Source: Owenia fusiformis
Taxonomy: Eukaryota
Direction: 5' to 3'
NCBI GenBank assembly: GCA_903813345.2
Contig: CAIIXF020000001.1
Location: forward strand, 38,130,001-38,194,000
Length of the DNA stretch: 64,000 bases
In this document: positions 40,064 to 54,200 of the stretch, in pieces
Layout of the letters: every line of letters begins with the position of its first letter
How positions within the stretch are numbered: the stretch's first letter is position 1
Program-made: the position numbers and the translations under genes
Notes under the pieces: generated by a model
What the model saw: the letters and a program-made list of their open reading frames with translations, nothing else
Told to the model about the DNA's origin: nothing
The model's database searches: none

Positions 40064-42425
40064 GGTCGTTCTTTTAAAGGCTGACAGGAACATACTATTG
40101 ATTGAGACATTTTTCTAAAAGTACAATATTTTTTTAGTCTATTTTAGTTGGTTCCCCGCCACATATAATTGTAAAAGCAATATCCTTTATGCAGTCAAAA
40201 TGCACTATTTATGATGATTCTATTTCATATTGCCTTGAGGGTTACATTACAAGCCTAAAGTACATTTATTGCATTGATATCCTGTTGTATAAATGCCTGT
40301 TCTGTGTATCTGTGTAAGACAATTCTTTAGCTTCATATTGTTACTCAGATAGATGGTCTAGTCTATACAGTAATTTACTGCTACAATTTAACCGTGACTG
40401 TTGGTTTATAGTGACTCCCTAGGTACTAGCAATTCATCCATCTTCTCTGGTTATCTATACTCGGGGAATCAGAACAAATGATTTGAGAAAGAATGAATCA
40501 AATTCTCCTATTGTCTTCCTGGGCATCAATCAGTCTCAAAGATAGCAAATCGTAGCCATGAAGAGAATACCAATTCAAATTGAAAGTTATAGTCTCATTA
40601 AAAATAGTTTGGATCATAATTATCTTCAAGATTTTAAAATGTTTGAAAATTAAATAATTTTATGAGATTTAATATTCTAACCATATTGCCTATCACGCAG
40701 AACATTTATCTTTTCTGTTATAAGGTTTTGAAAATATTTACATTACGTCATACATGGTAGTTGTGGCATTTTGTAAAAGTTTAGTATATAGGTTTTTTAA
40801 ATCAGTAAATAGTATTACCAATAGACCCAGGTAGAAGTATCATAAATATATGTAATAAGTGCTTATAATGGTTAGCCATGAAGCTAAAACAAATTGACAT
40901 ATTTACCCTGGAGCTGTAGTCTCATTGGGATAAAATAGGCCATTTTAATGTCAGATAACTCACAGGCTGCTACACAATCCCCTCTTTGCTTAGATGTTCA
41001 TCCTCGAATATGTTTCATGTGCAATATGTAATTAATAATAAAATGTGGGCTATTGGTTGAATTCCTTACAGACCATTACACATGCCATACCATCATCGAT
41101 TGGCCATCTATCTCTATGGAACATCATTAAATTGTATATCTTCATGTATCAAGGGGCGATACATCACTAGAAAAAACCTGACCTGATCCCTTTGATTCAA
41201 AAATACTTTTCTATTCATATTGTCGTGAAAGTTCGTATAATCTTATTGCTTTATTGTACTGTATTGAATATGTATAAATGGATACTTGTCACTTTTATGT
41301 GATTGGACTTGGTGTACTATATTTGTCTCATTCTTTAACAAATATGATATATTGATAATTCACAAAATTGTCTTATGGCAAGAATTTTGCAAGGTTTAAC
41401 TAAATGAAGACCCAGACTTTCGAGATATTGCGATTATAACGACCCAATAATGTTATAACTGATCTTCAGATTACTTTCATCAAATACTGACAATCTAGTT
41501 ACCATTTTTCCTAAATTACATTTTTTATTTGAAGTTTCTAGACTTATCATTTTTGGCTCAAATGGAAGAATGTGAAAAAGCAAATGTTCATAGTTTTGAA
41601 GACACAAATTCAAGAATGTTTAAGAAAGTTGTAGATTCTTACTGATGTTGTCTTAACCTGTAAATTATGTTTATATATTATATACACCTTGCAAGTGTGC
41701 TAGACTTTTAACCCAAGACAAAGATAAATGAGGTCTATTTTGTCTGCATCTTGATAGCAATATTTATCTCCACAAATGTTTGGTGTTGTTCTATATGGTT
41801 ATTACAGCATTGGTGGCATAAGGATGAAACAAGATGTTGTTTAGGTCGATCTGGTTTTCTGAACTTCCGTGTCAGTTCTGCTTTGTTATTTGTTTTGTTT
41901 GTAATGTTTAATTATTATTTGGCATTACAACAAAAAACCAAGTCATAAAGAAGCCTTAAAGCATTTCTGTTTACTATTTACTTAGGAACATTTTGGCTTC
42001 TGTTGATGTCAGTTTAACCATTGCCATGGCACCTCTCCTCATCATCCTCAATTACATTATACTCAGTTGTCATCTGCACCTGTTCCAATCTGCATATACA
42101 TTCCACTGTGTTGTATCCATCCTTGACCTTCTCAGGCTCCTACAGTTAATTTTTAGTAGTAGATAAAATGTGGGATTAGAAACATTTTCTAAGGAATCAG
42201 TGGGGTTGTCATTAAGCAAGCTAACAAGCTTCTGTTATGGGAGACTATGTGGTATAATATTATTAATGTGGTGGTTGTGGCTAAATGATTTGGTTTCATG
42301 CGAGATCACCGCCTTCTAGCACTTCCTTTATAGAAAAATATATATTGCCATTTATTTCGAAACAGAAATATGTGATTAACAGAATGTTTTTATAACATCA
42401 CATGGTCTTAATGATGACCCAGAAT

Positions 42426-42760
42426 TACCCTTTGAGAGTCTAGCATTATAAACTACACTCTGCCTACTATAGATACATATTAAGGTTAAGCAGCCTTGCC
42501 CCCACAACTAGTGCCTATGATGGCCCAGATCATAAGTCATTTCAAACTACCATGCTAACCCTCTCTTGACCAATCAGCGAGCCGGAAGGTACATGTGCTA
42601 AATGCACATGCTCGGTAACTATGTGATGATGTCAGATGAAATGACCATGTATTAAAAGTCATATGTATTGCGACAACGAACTCTGATTGGCTAGGTGAGA
42701 TCAGAGATTTATTGTAAATCGAAAGACTGAAGAAGCGATGTTGAACGAATATAAAGGGTG
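42426..42760 (-). mobile_element. MITE family A copy 4 (reverse orientation, older)
   Basis: Shares ttataaactacactctgccta, ccaatcagcga, ctgattggct and gagatcagagatttattgtaaat with copy 3; decayed TSD acccagaat/gcccacaat (7/9). Confidence 0.8.
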
Positions 42761-43777
42761 GCCCACAATGAGCTTCATTGAACAAGAAGTTGTTAGTTTG
42801 TCTGAAACATCCCTAATTGAATTGACATTGTTCTGGAAGACAGGATTGTACATCCTAAGATTATGAATCACAGTCAGGCAAATGTAATTACTGTACATTC
42901 CTATCATTACCATTCCTTATTATATGGAAAATGTAGATTTATAGGCAGCTAATATTAAACCAAATAGATTGGTTGGAATTTTGAAGTGGTCAGGGAACAA
43001 ATGTTTAAATAAAGCTGGAGAGAATTTATGTCACTGGATTGTATAATCAATACAGTATGCAGTGTTAGACTGTTAATTTTGAAATGATATACAATATCTG
43101 TTATTTAGCTGGTTTGCATCTTGAGGGGATGTTATGACAAATTATTCGCATGTGATAATGGATCTTTGATTGGTTTGTAATTACCTGCATTGGCAGGCTG
43201 TAATACATAGGTATTAATACATGTAAGAGCTTGAGGCTGTTTGCTACCTGTATGGTTTTCTATGGTTTCTAGTTGTCAGGCCAGGAATCTTCATTTCTAG
43301 TCTTTCACTTTGATTTGATGCCTGTCCCACCAGGATTTTTATCGCAGTTTTTTTTTGAAATGCCATATTGCCATTTGTTAAATAATAAATCTTGTTTTTC
43401 GTATTTATATTTTAAAAAGTTAGAGTATATCAAAATAACTAGTATAAAGGGTTCCAGGGTTTGAATAATGATTTTCACTAGTTTTTGTACAATATCTGAT
43501 TCTATATGGTTAGATTAAGATTATTAAAGACTGAAAAGATAGACCAATCTCTTAATTCACCTTAATAAGCAATTTCACATTTTCATGACAATTCTGCTCT
43601 ATTTAGCAAGGACCTGGCCAGGTCAACTCTTTTTATCTTAAAATTACTGCTGCAAACCCAGCTAACAGAAACAAGACTTCTCTTGGCTGTATTTGAAACA
43701 GTTCCCCTGTTCATATATATTACCTGCTATTAGGTATTTATCATCTTAGAGTTGTTTTGACAACTTATTTGCATGTG

Positions 43778-43811
43778 ATAATTGCACATTAATTGCACAT
43801 TAATTGCACAT
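43778..43811. repeat. 11-bp tandem repeat x3
   Basis: Unit taattgcacat. Confidence 0.8.
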
Positions 43812-43834
43812 CTGGAGTTTCATTGTTGTCTGAA

Positions 43835-44094
43835 AAAAGACAGATGTATATATTTTGAAATATTTCTGATATTCAGATTTGTATTACTTTAGGGAAAAGA
43901 CAGATGTACAATATATATTTTGAAATATTTCTGATATTCAGATTTGTATTACTTTAGGGAAAAGACAGATGTACATATATATTTTCAAATATTTCTGATA
44001 TTCAGATTTGTATTACTTTAGGGAAAAGACAGATGTACAATATATATTTTGAAATATTTCTGATATTCAGATTTTTATTACTTTAGGGAAGACA
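43835..44094. repeat. 60-65-bp tandem repeat x4
   Basis: Unit gaaaagacagatgtacaatatatattttgaaatatttctgatattcagatttgtattactttagg. Confidence 0.95.
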
Positions 44095-45419
44095 CTATCT
44101 TTAACTCTATATGTAAGATGCTTCAGAATTTCCCCTGGTATTAGCAACTTAGCCATCAGGCTCTGTTGTAGAAGCCAAATTTCATTAGACAATTATATAA
44201 TAATTCATCTCAGATGGGAACCCATGGTATAATTCAATCAATTACAGGATTTGTTTTAATTACAAATCAGAGCTCCTTTTAGAAAAGATCTACATAAAAT
44301 ATGTATGATATGATTTTACCTGGGTATGAAATAACATTCATCATTTGTGCATTTTTTCCGTAAAAAGCATAAAGAGCTGATATTTTAAGGAATCAGATAG
44401 TGGTCTTTCGTGAGCATCATTTGAAAAATTGAAATACAAGATATTTATAGTAACTCAATATCTTTGGAGGAAAATATTATCTATTATTACCGGAATATTA
44501 TTAATCATCTCATTGGCAATCAATTGATGGTATTGACTGGGTGATATTTGTTATATGATTATAGTCATGAATTGTTAATAAGGTGTAATTGGGATCCAGG
44601 CTAAACTGATAAACAGTGGACTCTAGGGATTCTGACTAAGAAGGATGTGTAGCATTTGTAGCTTCTTTCAAGATTAAGGAAGCCATCGTTTGGATTACTT
44701 TTGGACATGGTATATTAACAGGTATAACCTAATGTTAGTTTATAGTCACTTGTGCGGTGTCATCATATTGGCAGCAAGATAGGAGTCAAAGGTATTTTAT
44801 AATTTCAAGTTTTGATTTTTGAAAATGATTTTTCAAATTATAGGTTATAGGTGATCAAAATGATTTGAAACCATTTGTTAGGATTTAAAGATGATTTAAT
44901 ATTTAAAGCATTTAAAAATATATGTCTTATATTTATAAGGATAGTTTATTCACATTGGACTGTGACTTGACTTCAAATTCAAATCTGACTTTGGATTAAG
45001 ACAATAAATTGAAGATAAATGTCTTCATATTACTTGTTTATATTTCAAAAAAAACTGATTAGGTAAATATTGCTTTCATTGTAAGTCCGCTCAATTAAGA
45101 TGTTTCAAGCTGTCAAAGAAGTATTTTAAATCAATAGATTTCTCATTGTTTAATAGTTAGATATTCACAACAGCTGCGCTAGTTATTTCTTTTTATTTAA
45201 TTTTTCAGATTTCTTTACGTGGCTAATGAATTTCTCTAATTGGATCATTGATTTGTCATCACAGATGTCTCGGGTAATAAAGAAGCAAAATGAAATCCAT
45301 GTGAGGGTCTCTTGTATAAGTTAAATCAATGCATTCTGCCACATATGTTTCGAACATCTCTCCTAACAAAGCTAAAGTAAATCTCAAGATATTCAAAGTG
45401 ACACTCTTGCTTGTTTCAG

Positions 45420-45483
45420 ACGTCTTAGCAACTAGAGAGCAGCAGATATAGTTTAGATAACACGTGAGAATCTACAAGTCACA
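45420..45483 (+). other. 5'-UTR portion of the first coding exon; implies at least one upstream non-coding exon
   Basis: Good acceptor ctcttgcttgtttcag| at 45419/45420 and in-frame stops before the ATG. Confidence 0.6.
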
Positions 45484-45585
45484 ATGTCGAGCCCAGATCA
45501 CCAACAGCAACAGCAACAAATCATACAGAACAGCAATGACCCCCAGTCAACGACTGTCACCATACGCATGATAATGCAAGGAAAG
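45484..45585 (+). CDS. PCBP3: PCBP/mub coding exon 1 (MSSPDHQQQQQQIIQNSNDPQSTTVTIRMIMQGK); start of KH1
   Basis: TVTIRMIMQGK resembles PCBP KH1 (TLTIRLLMHGK). ATG has A at -3 and in-frame upstream TAG stops (45433, 45454). Acceptor ttgtttcag| puts the exon start at 45420; donor AAG|gtatgt at 45586. The symbol denotes the PCBP1-4/mub family, not 1:1 orthology. Confidence 0.92.
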
Positions 45586-48011
45586 GTATGTATTTTCAAT
45601 CATTCATGCCTTCAATTAGTCTTGTATCGAGCCCCTGTATCGCTGCCAACTCTTAACCCAGGCTTGGAATCATATATTCAGGGAGGGAAGGCTTGATGGA
45701 AAACTAACTATTGAAGACTTCAGGCTGATATTGTCACAGATAATATCTACAATCTCAAATACATGTAGTAGTTTACTTCAGGTTCACTATTTTTGGCATT
45801 TTGTTACATGACTATATGACTCATCTAGGCGTTTTAATTTGAAGTTACCTTAGTTACAGGTAACATTATGTTACATAGTACATCTTTCTGTCCTCTTTTG
45901 ACTTGAAATGGAAGAAGATGTCATTGTCTATCACAGTGGGTACTATTGTCACCATAGAGCTTAAAGTCGTTGCCATAGCAATGAGTCATGTATAGCATCA
46001 ATAAATGGCATTTGACAGCGCCAAGGTTCATTTCAGTTAAGTTTAATCAAGGGGATCTTGGTAATTACCTCTCAATAATGGTATGCTAAGGTCATATGCA
46101 CCAGCGCCCTATTCATCAATTTGGTCTTTTAGTGGCATTTGTTTTGTGTGAATAATTAAAGGTATTGGAATATTCTTGCACTGTTACAAGAGCATAGCAT
46201 GAGGAAAGGTATTAGCCGTTGAAGCTCCTAATAGATTTGTCTTAGCAATGGTAATAACAATTTCATGTTGCTAATAAGAGTATTAGGCACACAGTCTGTG
46301 GAGTCTCCATACAATGAACATGATCTTTGGATGGATTGAAATCATTTACTTACGCAATGGTTTGTCAAAATAGTGTTATATATAGCTACCATGGAAGTGA
46401 AGAGAAGTTCTCTGGGGATGAAATCTCAGTTACCTTATGTCTTAAGAATTAGTCATTTGAAATCTGAGAAGTTTCCTTTTCATAGGGTTTCTTGTTTTTT
46501 TTTGGCTACTTTTTGAGATGATTGCATATATGTATTTACAATCAATAGCATATAGCTTTCAAAATAAATGTACAAATGAATTGCACAACACAAACTGACA
46601 AAATAAATTTAGAGTCAGGGTGGGGGGGGGCTATCGGGAATTCATTAAATGTTTACACATAGGTATTATAGCATTATTACAAGAATTATCTCACTATGGC
46701 ATGTTTCTGTTCAATTACACAGATCCAAACTCTTTCACAGTATGTGTGCTACTGTACACATACCTTAATACTTTGGACAGATCGACAGATGTCAATATAA
46801 AAACAAATCCGTATAAATATCTGGCATTGGATATAAAAGAGTACATCGAAGTGCCAAGTGCAACTCTACATGAAGAGCCTAATCTGTAACTCACTGCTAT
46901 AAATGAACTGTTCCAGAGGTGGAATCCACACATAGATTCCTCTTCTTGGTTCTGGTGAAACATATGCCAGGAAAAGTTATGAAACAAGATTTTCTGACAG
47001 TTAGACATAATTAGGCAGAAGGTATCTAGTCAGAAATTACACTTGCCTGAGATTGTCTTTCATTTTAGTTCACTAGACCTTACCATAAATCATAAAAATA
47101 TCAGCAATGAAAGAAAAATGATTATTATGAAATACTCCAAAGTGAACATTCCAAATTGTGATACTTTATTGCTGATTCCGAGTTGTTGGTGGTCCTATTC
47201 CTTGTTGACTTTGGTTTCCATAAATAGAGAAGTGAGAATTTTGGGGTTCACATATGCATACTCAGGGTTATCTACAAGATTCTCCAAACCAGTGGTAGAT
47301 TAGTTGATCTAAAATTGTATGTGATGCTGCTAAAATACATGTATAATGTACAAGTTTTGAACAATAAAATGCTCCATTGTCTCGTCAAAGGGAAGCCTAC
47401 TGCCAATGAGGTCATATTGTTGTGTTTTAGGACTCATATCAAGTTCAACAAAATGTTTCAGTCAGATATGGAGATTCAAATGGTTTGATTAGGTTAACAG
47501 GATATTTCAGATTAACAGGGCCTTTTCTGTCAAAGCAATTTTAGAGTGATAATCGATGGAAAGTAGATGATTGACAGTAAAATCTTTTAAATGATTTGTT
47601 GTTGTCAGAGGGAATGTTGTTTTGTGAGTAGAATTCAGGGTATAATAGTACTTGTTTTAATTTGCAAAAAAGGTCTCCAGATTTGTTGTTGAACTTAAAG
47701 AATCCTGACCGATCTTATGATTTGTTCAAAAGATTTTCTCCCTGGGGAAACACAAATCAATGGCCTTTTGTAATCAGGCTCTCCCCTCCAATCAGTCTAC
47801 TATTAGATTTACTGGCTTGTTGAATCTCCCAAGTAACTGCCATTTGTATGCATTGTTTATGTTGTTGATTAGAAAGATTCCACTAGAGAGGTCTAACCCA
47901 ATATATGTGGTAATGGCTTTAGTGATGTCTTGAGATACTTCGGAGGAGTTATTATACATATGGTAAACATGAGGAAAACATTGAAAGAAACAGAGAAAAT
48001 ATATGTACAAT

Positions 48012-48280
48012 TCAAATATTTCATCAGTTAAAAGGAAATGAGTTGTTGATAGTTAAATATATCCCAGAATCCCAATAAAACATAATTTTGATAAGATTTT
48101 GAGGAATATAAAAAAGGTCTGTGCCCATAAAAATGGGGTTGCAATTCAAATACTTCATCTGATAAAAATAAAATGAATCCTTGATTGTTAAATGTCTCAT
48201 AGAATTTCAATAAAACATGATTCTTACAAGATTTTGAGGAATATAAAAAAGGAATTTTGTCCATTATAATGGGGTTTGAC
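48012..48280. repeat. Diverged direct duplication, about 135 bp x2
   Basis: caataaaacat...aagattttgaggaatataaaaaagg...aatggggtt occurs twice. Confidence 0.8.
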
Positions 48281-51200
48281 TTGGCCTTGTATTTTTATAG
48301 TTGCTATATTATAAATATTTCTGATATCAATTTTGCAGGAAGATTCGACAAAACCCTGCACCCTTTCTCTTTAAAACCATTGTGAAATAAATTGGATCCA
48401 TAATTCATAAGAATCCAATATGATTTGAGGCATGACCCCTGGTTTTGTTGCATTAATGTAATTTTTAACCAAGCAACTAATTCATCATTCCCTCTTGGAA
48501 ATCATGGGAGAAATTATTATAACACAATGAATTATTCAAAAAGTCATTCGATTCATATTGCATTAATCATATCCCTTATTGGTGCTGAATTTATAGTAAC
48601 TTAATGTTTACTTCAACTAAATTTTGGTAGGTTTCATTTCTGAATAGTTTATATTGTCTTCAGTATAATAAATCAGCTTTTAGGTCTAAGGATGCTGCAT
48701 TCATTGGGGTTTGTTATTATAATAGTACCAAATAATTAGTTTCAGTTTTGTAGTTTCCCTTTTTTATTTACATCAGTGTCATATTCCCTTCCATAATCCA
48801 TCTTACTAAGAGCATTTATATCAAATATTATTTACATTTTTGCAAATATCAGAACACTTGTTCATGTGGGAGATATCTCTGGAAGGATTACAAGTGTGGC
48901 CTCCTTGATATCTTTGCATGGGTTGTCAGAGAAATTACATTTACAGTGATTAGGGCCTAATGGTTTCCAGTGAAAGGATCCCTCTTCAAGAATTTAATTT
49001 CCTCTCAGCAACAGGGTAATGCATTCTTAGTTTCCAACTTGCATTTGGACTCGATATTGGCAATTTCTCGAGCAATTTCTCAGTTATATTGGAAAGTAGG
49101 TAATTTGTTATGCATTTCTAAAATGTAAAAGATAATGATTATATCAATAGTGTAAAAATAATAACATTGTCAAAGATGTCAAGTTTAGAAGTAAAAATAT
49201 TATTATATTGTGTTATATCTTTATTTACTATACGTTTATTTCAGTTTTTTCTTTGAACAACTCGTCATATGGTTGGCAGCCAATAAACATAGTTGTATTT
49301 TCAATGATATCAAATGTTGATAAATCGATTGACATTGTTTTTAAAAAGAAACACATTTAGTTCTAATACATGACCCTTGCAAAAAGACACAATCAATAAA
49401 TGTGTTCATTTTTTTTATATTTTCTCGAAGGATGTTTGGTGATTTCTGGTACAGCCAAATTAACAGATGTTTCTAAGTGCATTGTTTCTGTTAAAGCAAT
49501 GATATTACTGTCCTGTTATGTAGGATTTTGTTAGGTATACAAATGGCTGGTTTACACCTTATTTTATGAGTGTTTTAAGCTGGTTTATGTGACTATTCCA
49601 TGTGAGAATTGCCTCTAACTATGATGTAGTAGTGTCAGCTGATCTAAAGACCCCGCTCTCGTAGATTAATAAAGGCCTTGTCTTTTCATGTTAAATAGTA
49701 TTATGAGGTAACATTGTTTTCTAATAAATGTGGAAAATTACCCAGATAGTTACCTTGTATCAAAAAAAGAAATTTGTTCTACCATTTAATGCTATAGGAT
49801 CTAATACTTACTTATTGAGTGCAAGCACGGCTTGCTGTAAAAATGTTGAAAAATGATTGATTCAATATCTATAGGATTGTTTAATCAGGTACCTTAAGTG
49901 TGAGATATTTACAATATGAAATCAGTCTGAATCAGCAATTTTAATTGTTTGTATCATCCCAGGGGTATAAGAATTTAATATCTCCAGATAACTCAATACA
50001 TTCTAAATAAAAACAGCAAATGGTCAATTAGGTAAATGTGTAATGGTGTTCCCTGTATTGAATCTGTTGACTCAGGTGTTTCATGAACTCAAGGGTCATT
50101 TATGGTACAATCTAGACCATCTGAGATATCCAGGCTAAGGTTAGACCTATCTTTGGTGGTCCCGGAATTTATTAAAATGAAACCGAGAAAGATTTTCTGA
50201 CTTCACAAAAATCATATTACTTTGGACTGCGGTTAAGTCTGTCAGTCTGCTAAGTTCAGTAAAACCTTATTTTCTGTTTATTTCAATTGATTAATTTGTT
50301 GGCTCACCTTTTTTGAAAGTTACTTAATGGTTCAAGATTTTCTACATTTTTTGTAACCTCGAACATGGACGCATCTCAACTTTGCCAGCGAGGGCAGAAA
50401 ACCCCACACCATTTGGTGCAATATTCTGATGAAAGCAACATATCTTGTAAAGTACTCCAAAAGATACGTCATGAAATCCAAGAGTAAATTTGATTCAGTT
50501 TTCAGTTATATTTTCTTCCTCACTGCATGATCAACGTTGTTCATGAGATTGAATTCTGGAAAAATATGTTGTAAGTACTGTGAATGATACTGGGAAGACC
50601 ATCTCACTGCTGGGAATGATATGCTTTGGCATATAATTTCTAGCCATGTTATGACCAAAGTTAGTTTTGGACTGTTTTGATATCTTTTCGTTGATAGAAT
50701 TGCAATGTTCTCCCTGTAGCCTACAGATTGAATAGTCAATTAGACATCTAACTAGATCTCTAGTCCTAAACTATACCTCCATACCTAAAGTCTACATTTT
50801 CTTCCATAATTCTAAATGCTACATCTCTACGAACCTTAAGTAAACCACTTTTTCTTATATAGAGTATACCCTTTTCTGCGCCATAAAGAATTGTTCATTT
50901 CCTGACCTTGAATATAGATTTTACACATTTCCTGCCATTTGTGGACCTACTTTAAGCCCCTTGCCATCCCTCCCCCCTCCGGATTATCTATCAATTCTTT
51001 AGCCTCATCGTTTACCAAATTCTGAAAGAGATGCATCATAACCTTGACTAAGATATTATTTTGGTGTTTTCTAATACAAGATGAGATGTTTGATTTGCAA
51101 TATATTTTTCTGAACAAGATTCCTTAATCGCTCAGGTTTGTATTTTTTCTCAATGGATATCTTCTAACAATTGTGATTTGCTGGTGTTCTCATAACATCT

Positions 51201-54200
51201 GACACCAAATGTAATTAGCTGTACTATTTGCCAATACCCATTGGTAGTTACTAAGGATGGTTCAATGTTAATAGGAAGTTTAAAGTAGACTTTGGATATT
51301 GGTATTGCCTTAATCCTTCTCTGTGTCAAGATCTTCTCTCAGTTACTACTCATAAATAATATGATAAGGTAGAAACCAGCTTTCCTTCTCTTCTCTATTG
51401 AATGGTATAGGCCAGCACCAGAGTTTTAACTGGAATGAAACTAATTAAATGGAGATCCCAAGAAGTTTTTTCTGGAAACTGTTAAAAGATTAAAAGGTTA
51501 CTCCATCCTGTTTATAGTTCATTAAGGTGATGTTGTAGAAAATATTTTGCAATGTGTGCAAGAATTTAAACACAAGACTCAATGCATTGTGGCTTCTTCA
51601 TTCCACTCAGATTTTGAAACAAAACCTTCAATGGAATGGTTCAGTATACAATACACTGAGTCCATGGCTTAAATCCTTAACAATATCTTGACTGCCTCAT
51701 TCTGATACTCATAGCATCTTTCTGTTTCACCTGAAACATCTCAGTGCTGAGAAGAAATGAGATGTCATGGTTTATCATGATGTGACTGCCTGCAATAGGC
51801 CCAGTCTGATCATCAACAGAACTCTTCATACTGGATCGTAGGATCATAGTATATTTGTTTATCAATATACATTACAAGTAAAGTTATTTTTTCGATGGGA
51901 TTTATTTGAAAACCACTTCAATTTACACCTGTTATAATGGTGTGCTGATTGCCCCTGTAGCTATTACCAGAGCATATCAAGAGATGTGTTTAACAAATAG
52001 TAGCACTCTCATATATTCCCATTATCAGCTCAACAGCCTGTTAAAGGTATCTTCTGTATCTTCACCATACTTTACTCTGCTGAAGATCTATTGAGATTCC
52101 AGATTTTCTTCAGTAAACTTTCAGGGAGTCATGGCTGGTGGTGGTATTTTATATGCATCGCTGAATGAGATTATCACACTGAGGATTTCACCGCTTTTCT
52201 CTTGGAGATGTCAGTAGCATTCCTGGTTCTTCGAATATAAGTAGACTATGTGTTCATTGGCTTGCCTGATATGATTCCCTGCAAATGATCCTTCCATAGG
52301 AAACCATTTGGAGCTACTCTTTGCAGGACTTGCTCTCATAAACTCTCATATCCTTGTGAGCTAGTAAGAGACAGATGTTCTCAAATGTGGTTCAATTTAA
52401 AATATAAGAGTATGTCATATGTTAGTGTAGCCCAGCTTTGTTCTCTGATTATTTGACTTCTATGAGGTTAATGAGGTTAGTCCGAGTCAGAAAGCTTATG
52501 AACTCGGCTTATAATTTTGAAACTTCCATCATCTTCAAGTGTTCTGTATCATTAATTGTCTTCAAGTTTTATGCTTCAGTTATTGTCTTCAACACTGAAG
52601 TAGCTTTACATGTCAACAATGCAAAGCTCTCGTTGATGCCTGTTTATGGCAATCAGCATATGCGAGTCACACTTCACTGGTTTAGTATGATATGCAGATT
52701 AGATGGATATACTGAATATTACTCTTAATGTCAGCATTATCTACATCTATCTGATAAGGTCATCCTTATTAGGTCAATGCTTTTACTAACTGGCTAATTT
52801 ATTGAACAAGTGTAAAACGTAATGGGTTATTTTTTCTTAACTGAATCAACCCGAACAAATTGCATCATTACAGCCATTAGATTATCAAATTATTTGAACA
52901 ATATGATGCTCTTATTCTATGTGTTTCTTGTTATAAAGTGTGATACAAATTATTAAACATAACAGTAACCATTGGGAATGACATCAACAATGATGTCATT
53001 GATGTAAGGGATAACCCTTGAAATAACTGGCTACCTGCTTCTCAGAGTGAGTTCTTGATCTATTTCTGTCTTGAATTATCCACGGTTTGTACGTCATCTT
53101 TTTTATTTCTACCTAATACAGAGAATCCTGGTTAAGACTGATTTAGACTATTGACCTGTACCAGAACGAAATAGAACTAAATGAAATATGTTCACACAAA
53201 TCTTCTAAAACATAATCCTATACTCTCCTATTGTAATGAGGTTGATAAGCAACATTTGGAGAGATATTTTTCTGCACTTAAACTGACATCATACCTTTGT
53301 GTTACCAACGTCATACAATGATATTTAAGGTAGTGATTGAAGTGGAACAATGTCTTGAATTCCATCTGTTGATGCAATATTTCATGGACTCTGGAGTATT
53401 AATGCATTGAATATAAGCTACTTATCGCATTTTATTGTGACTTTTTATCACACTTTTTCAAAGTGCTATAATGTCATTGTCTTTTACTGATTGGGGGCAT
53501 GAGTCCAGGCAGGCACACATAACATGAATGTTGTCGTTTAAGATACCAAGATGTGAAACTTTTTAAATATGCAAGAACACACTGATGTCAAGACTTTATA
53601 AGTATAAGGGTAAATTTCTTGATGGCCATTTTGAAATGTTTGATGTGAGATGTGTGAGTGAGATATTTATAAATGTGTGTCTCATTGATGCTAGATCATC
53701 TGAATCAAGGATTTTCTCTAATGTAAAGAGTATAGAATGAGTTACGCTCTTTCCCAGGGTAGTTTGGTATTGGTTTAATGTTGCCCTCTGGGTCATACCG
53801 CCTAGTTGCAAAAAACTTTAGAAACAAGATACCTTGGTAACAGTTTATGGATGGTTGGAGTTTGCATCATCTTCACCTTGATTTAAATCGACCATGCTAG
53901 TTTATACTTTGAACTTGAGTCAGATTTTAAAGTAAACGTCTAGTGGGAGTTTTGGTTCAGAAAAGCAGCCTGGAGGCACATTTAGTATCTTGTAGTTTTG
54001 AGATGTTTGATTGAATTTCACATGTTGATTGCTTCGGTAAAGCATCATGGTATCTATGTTAGGTCTTTTTTGTAGATATGAATACATGTACCAATATTTT
54101 TATGAGGCTCAGATGCAATTGTAAATGAATGTTACCATGTTCACGATGTCTTTGTCTCATGCCTTGTATCCATTCACTAACTGAAACTAAAGCCTGAAAA

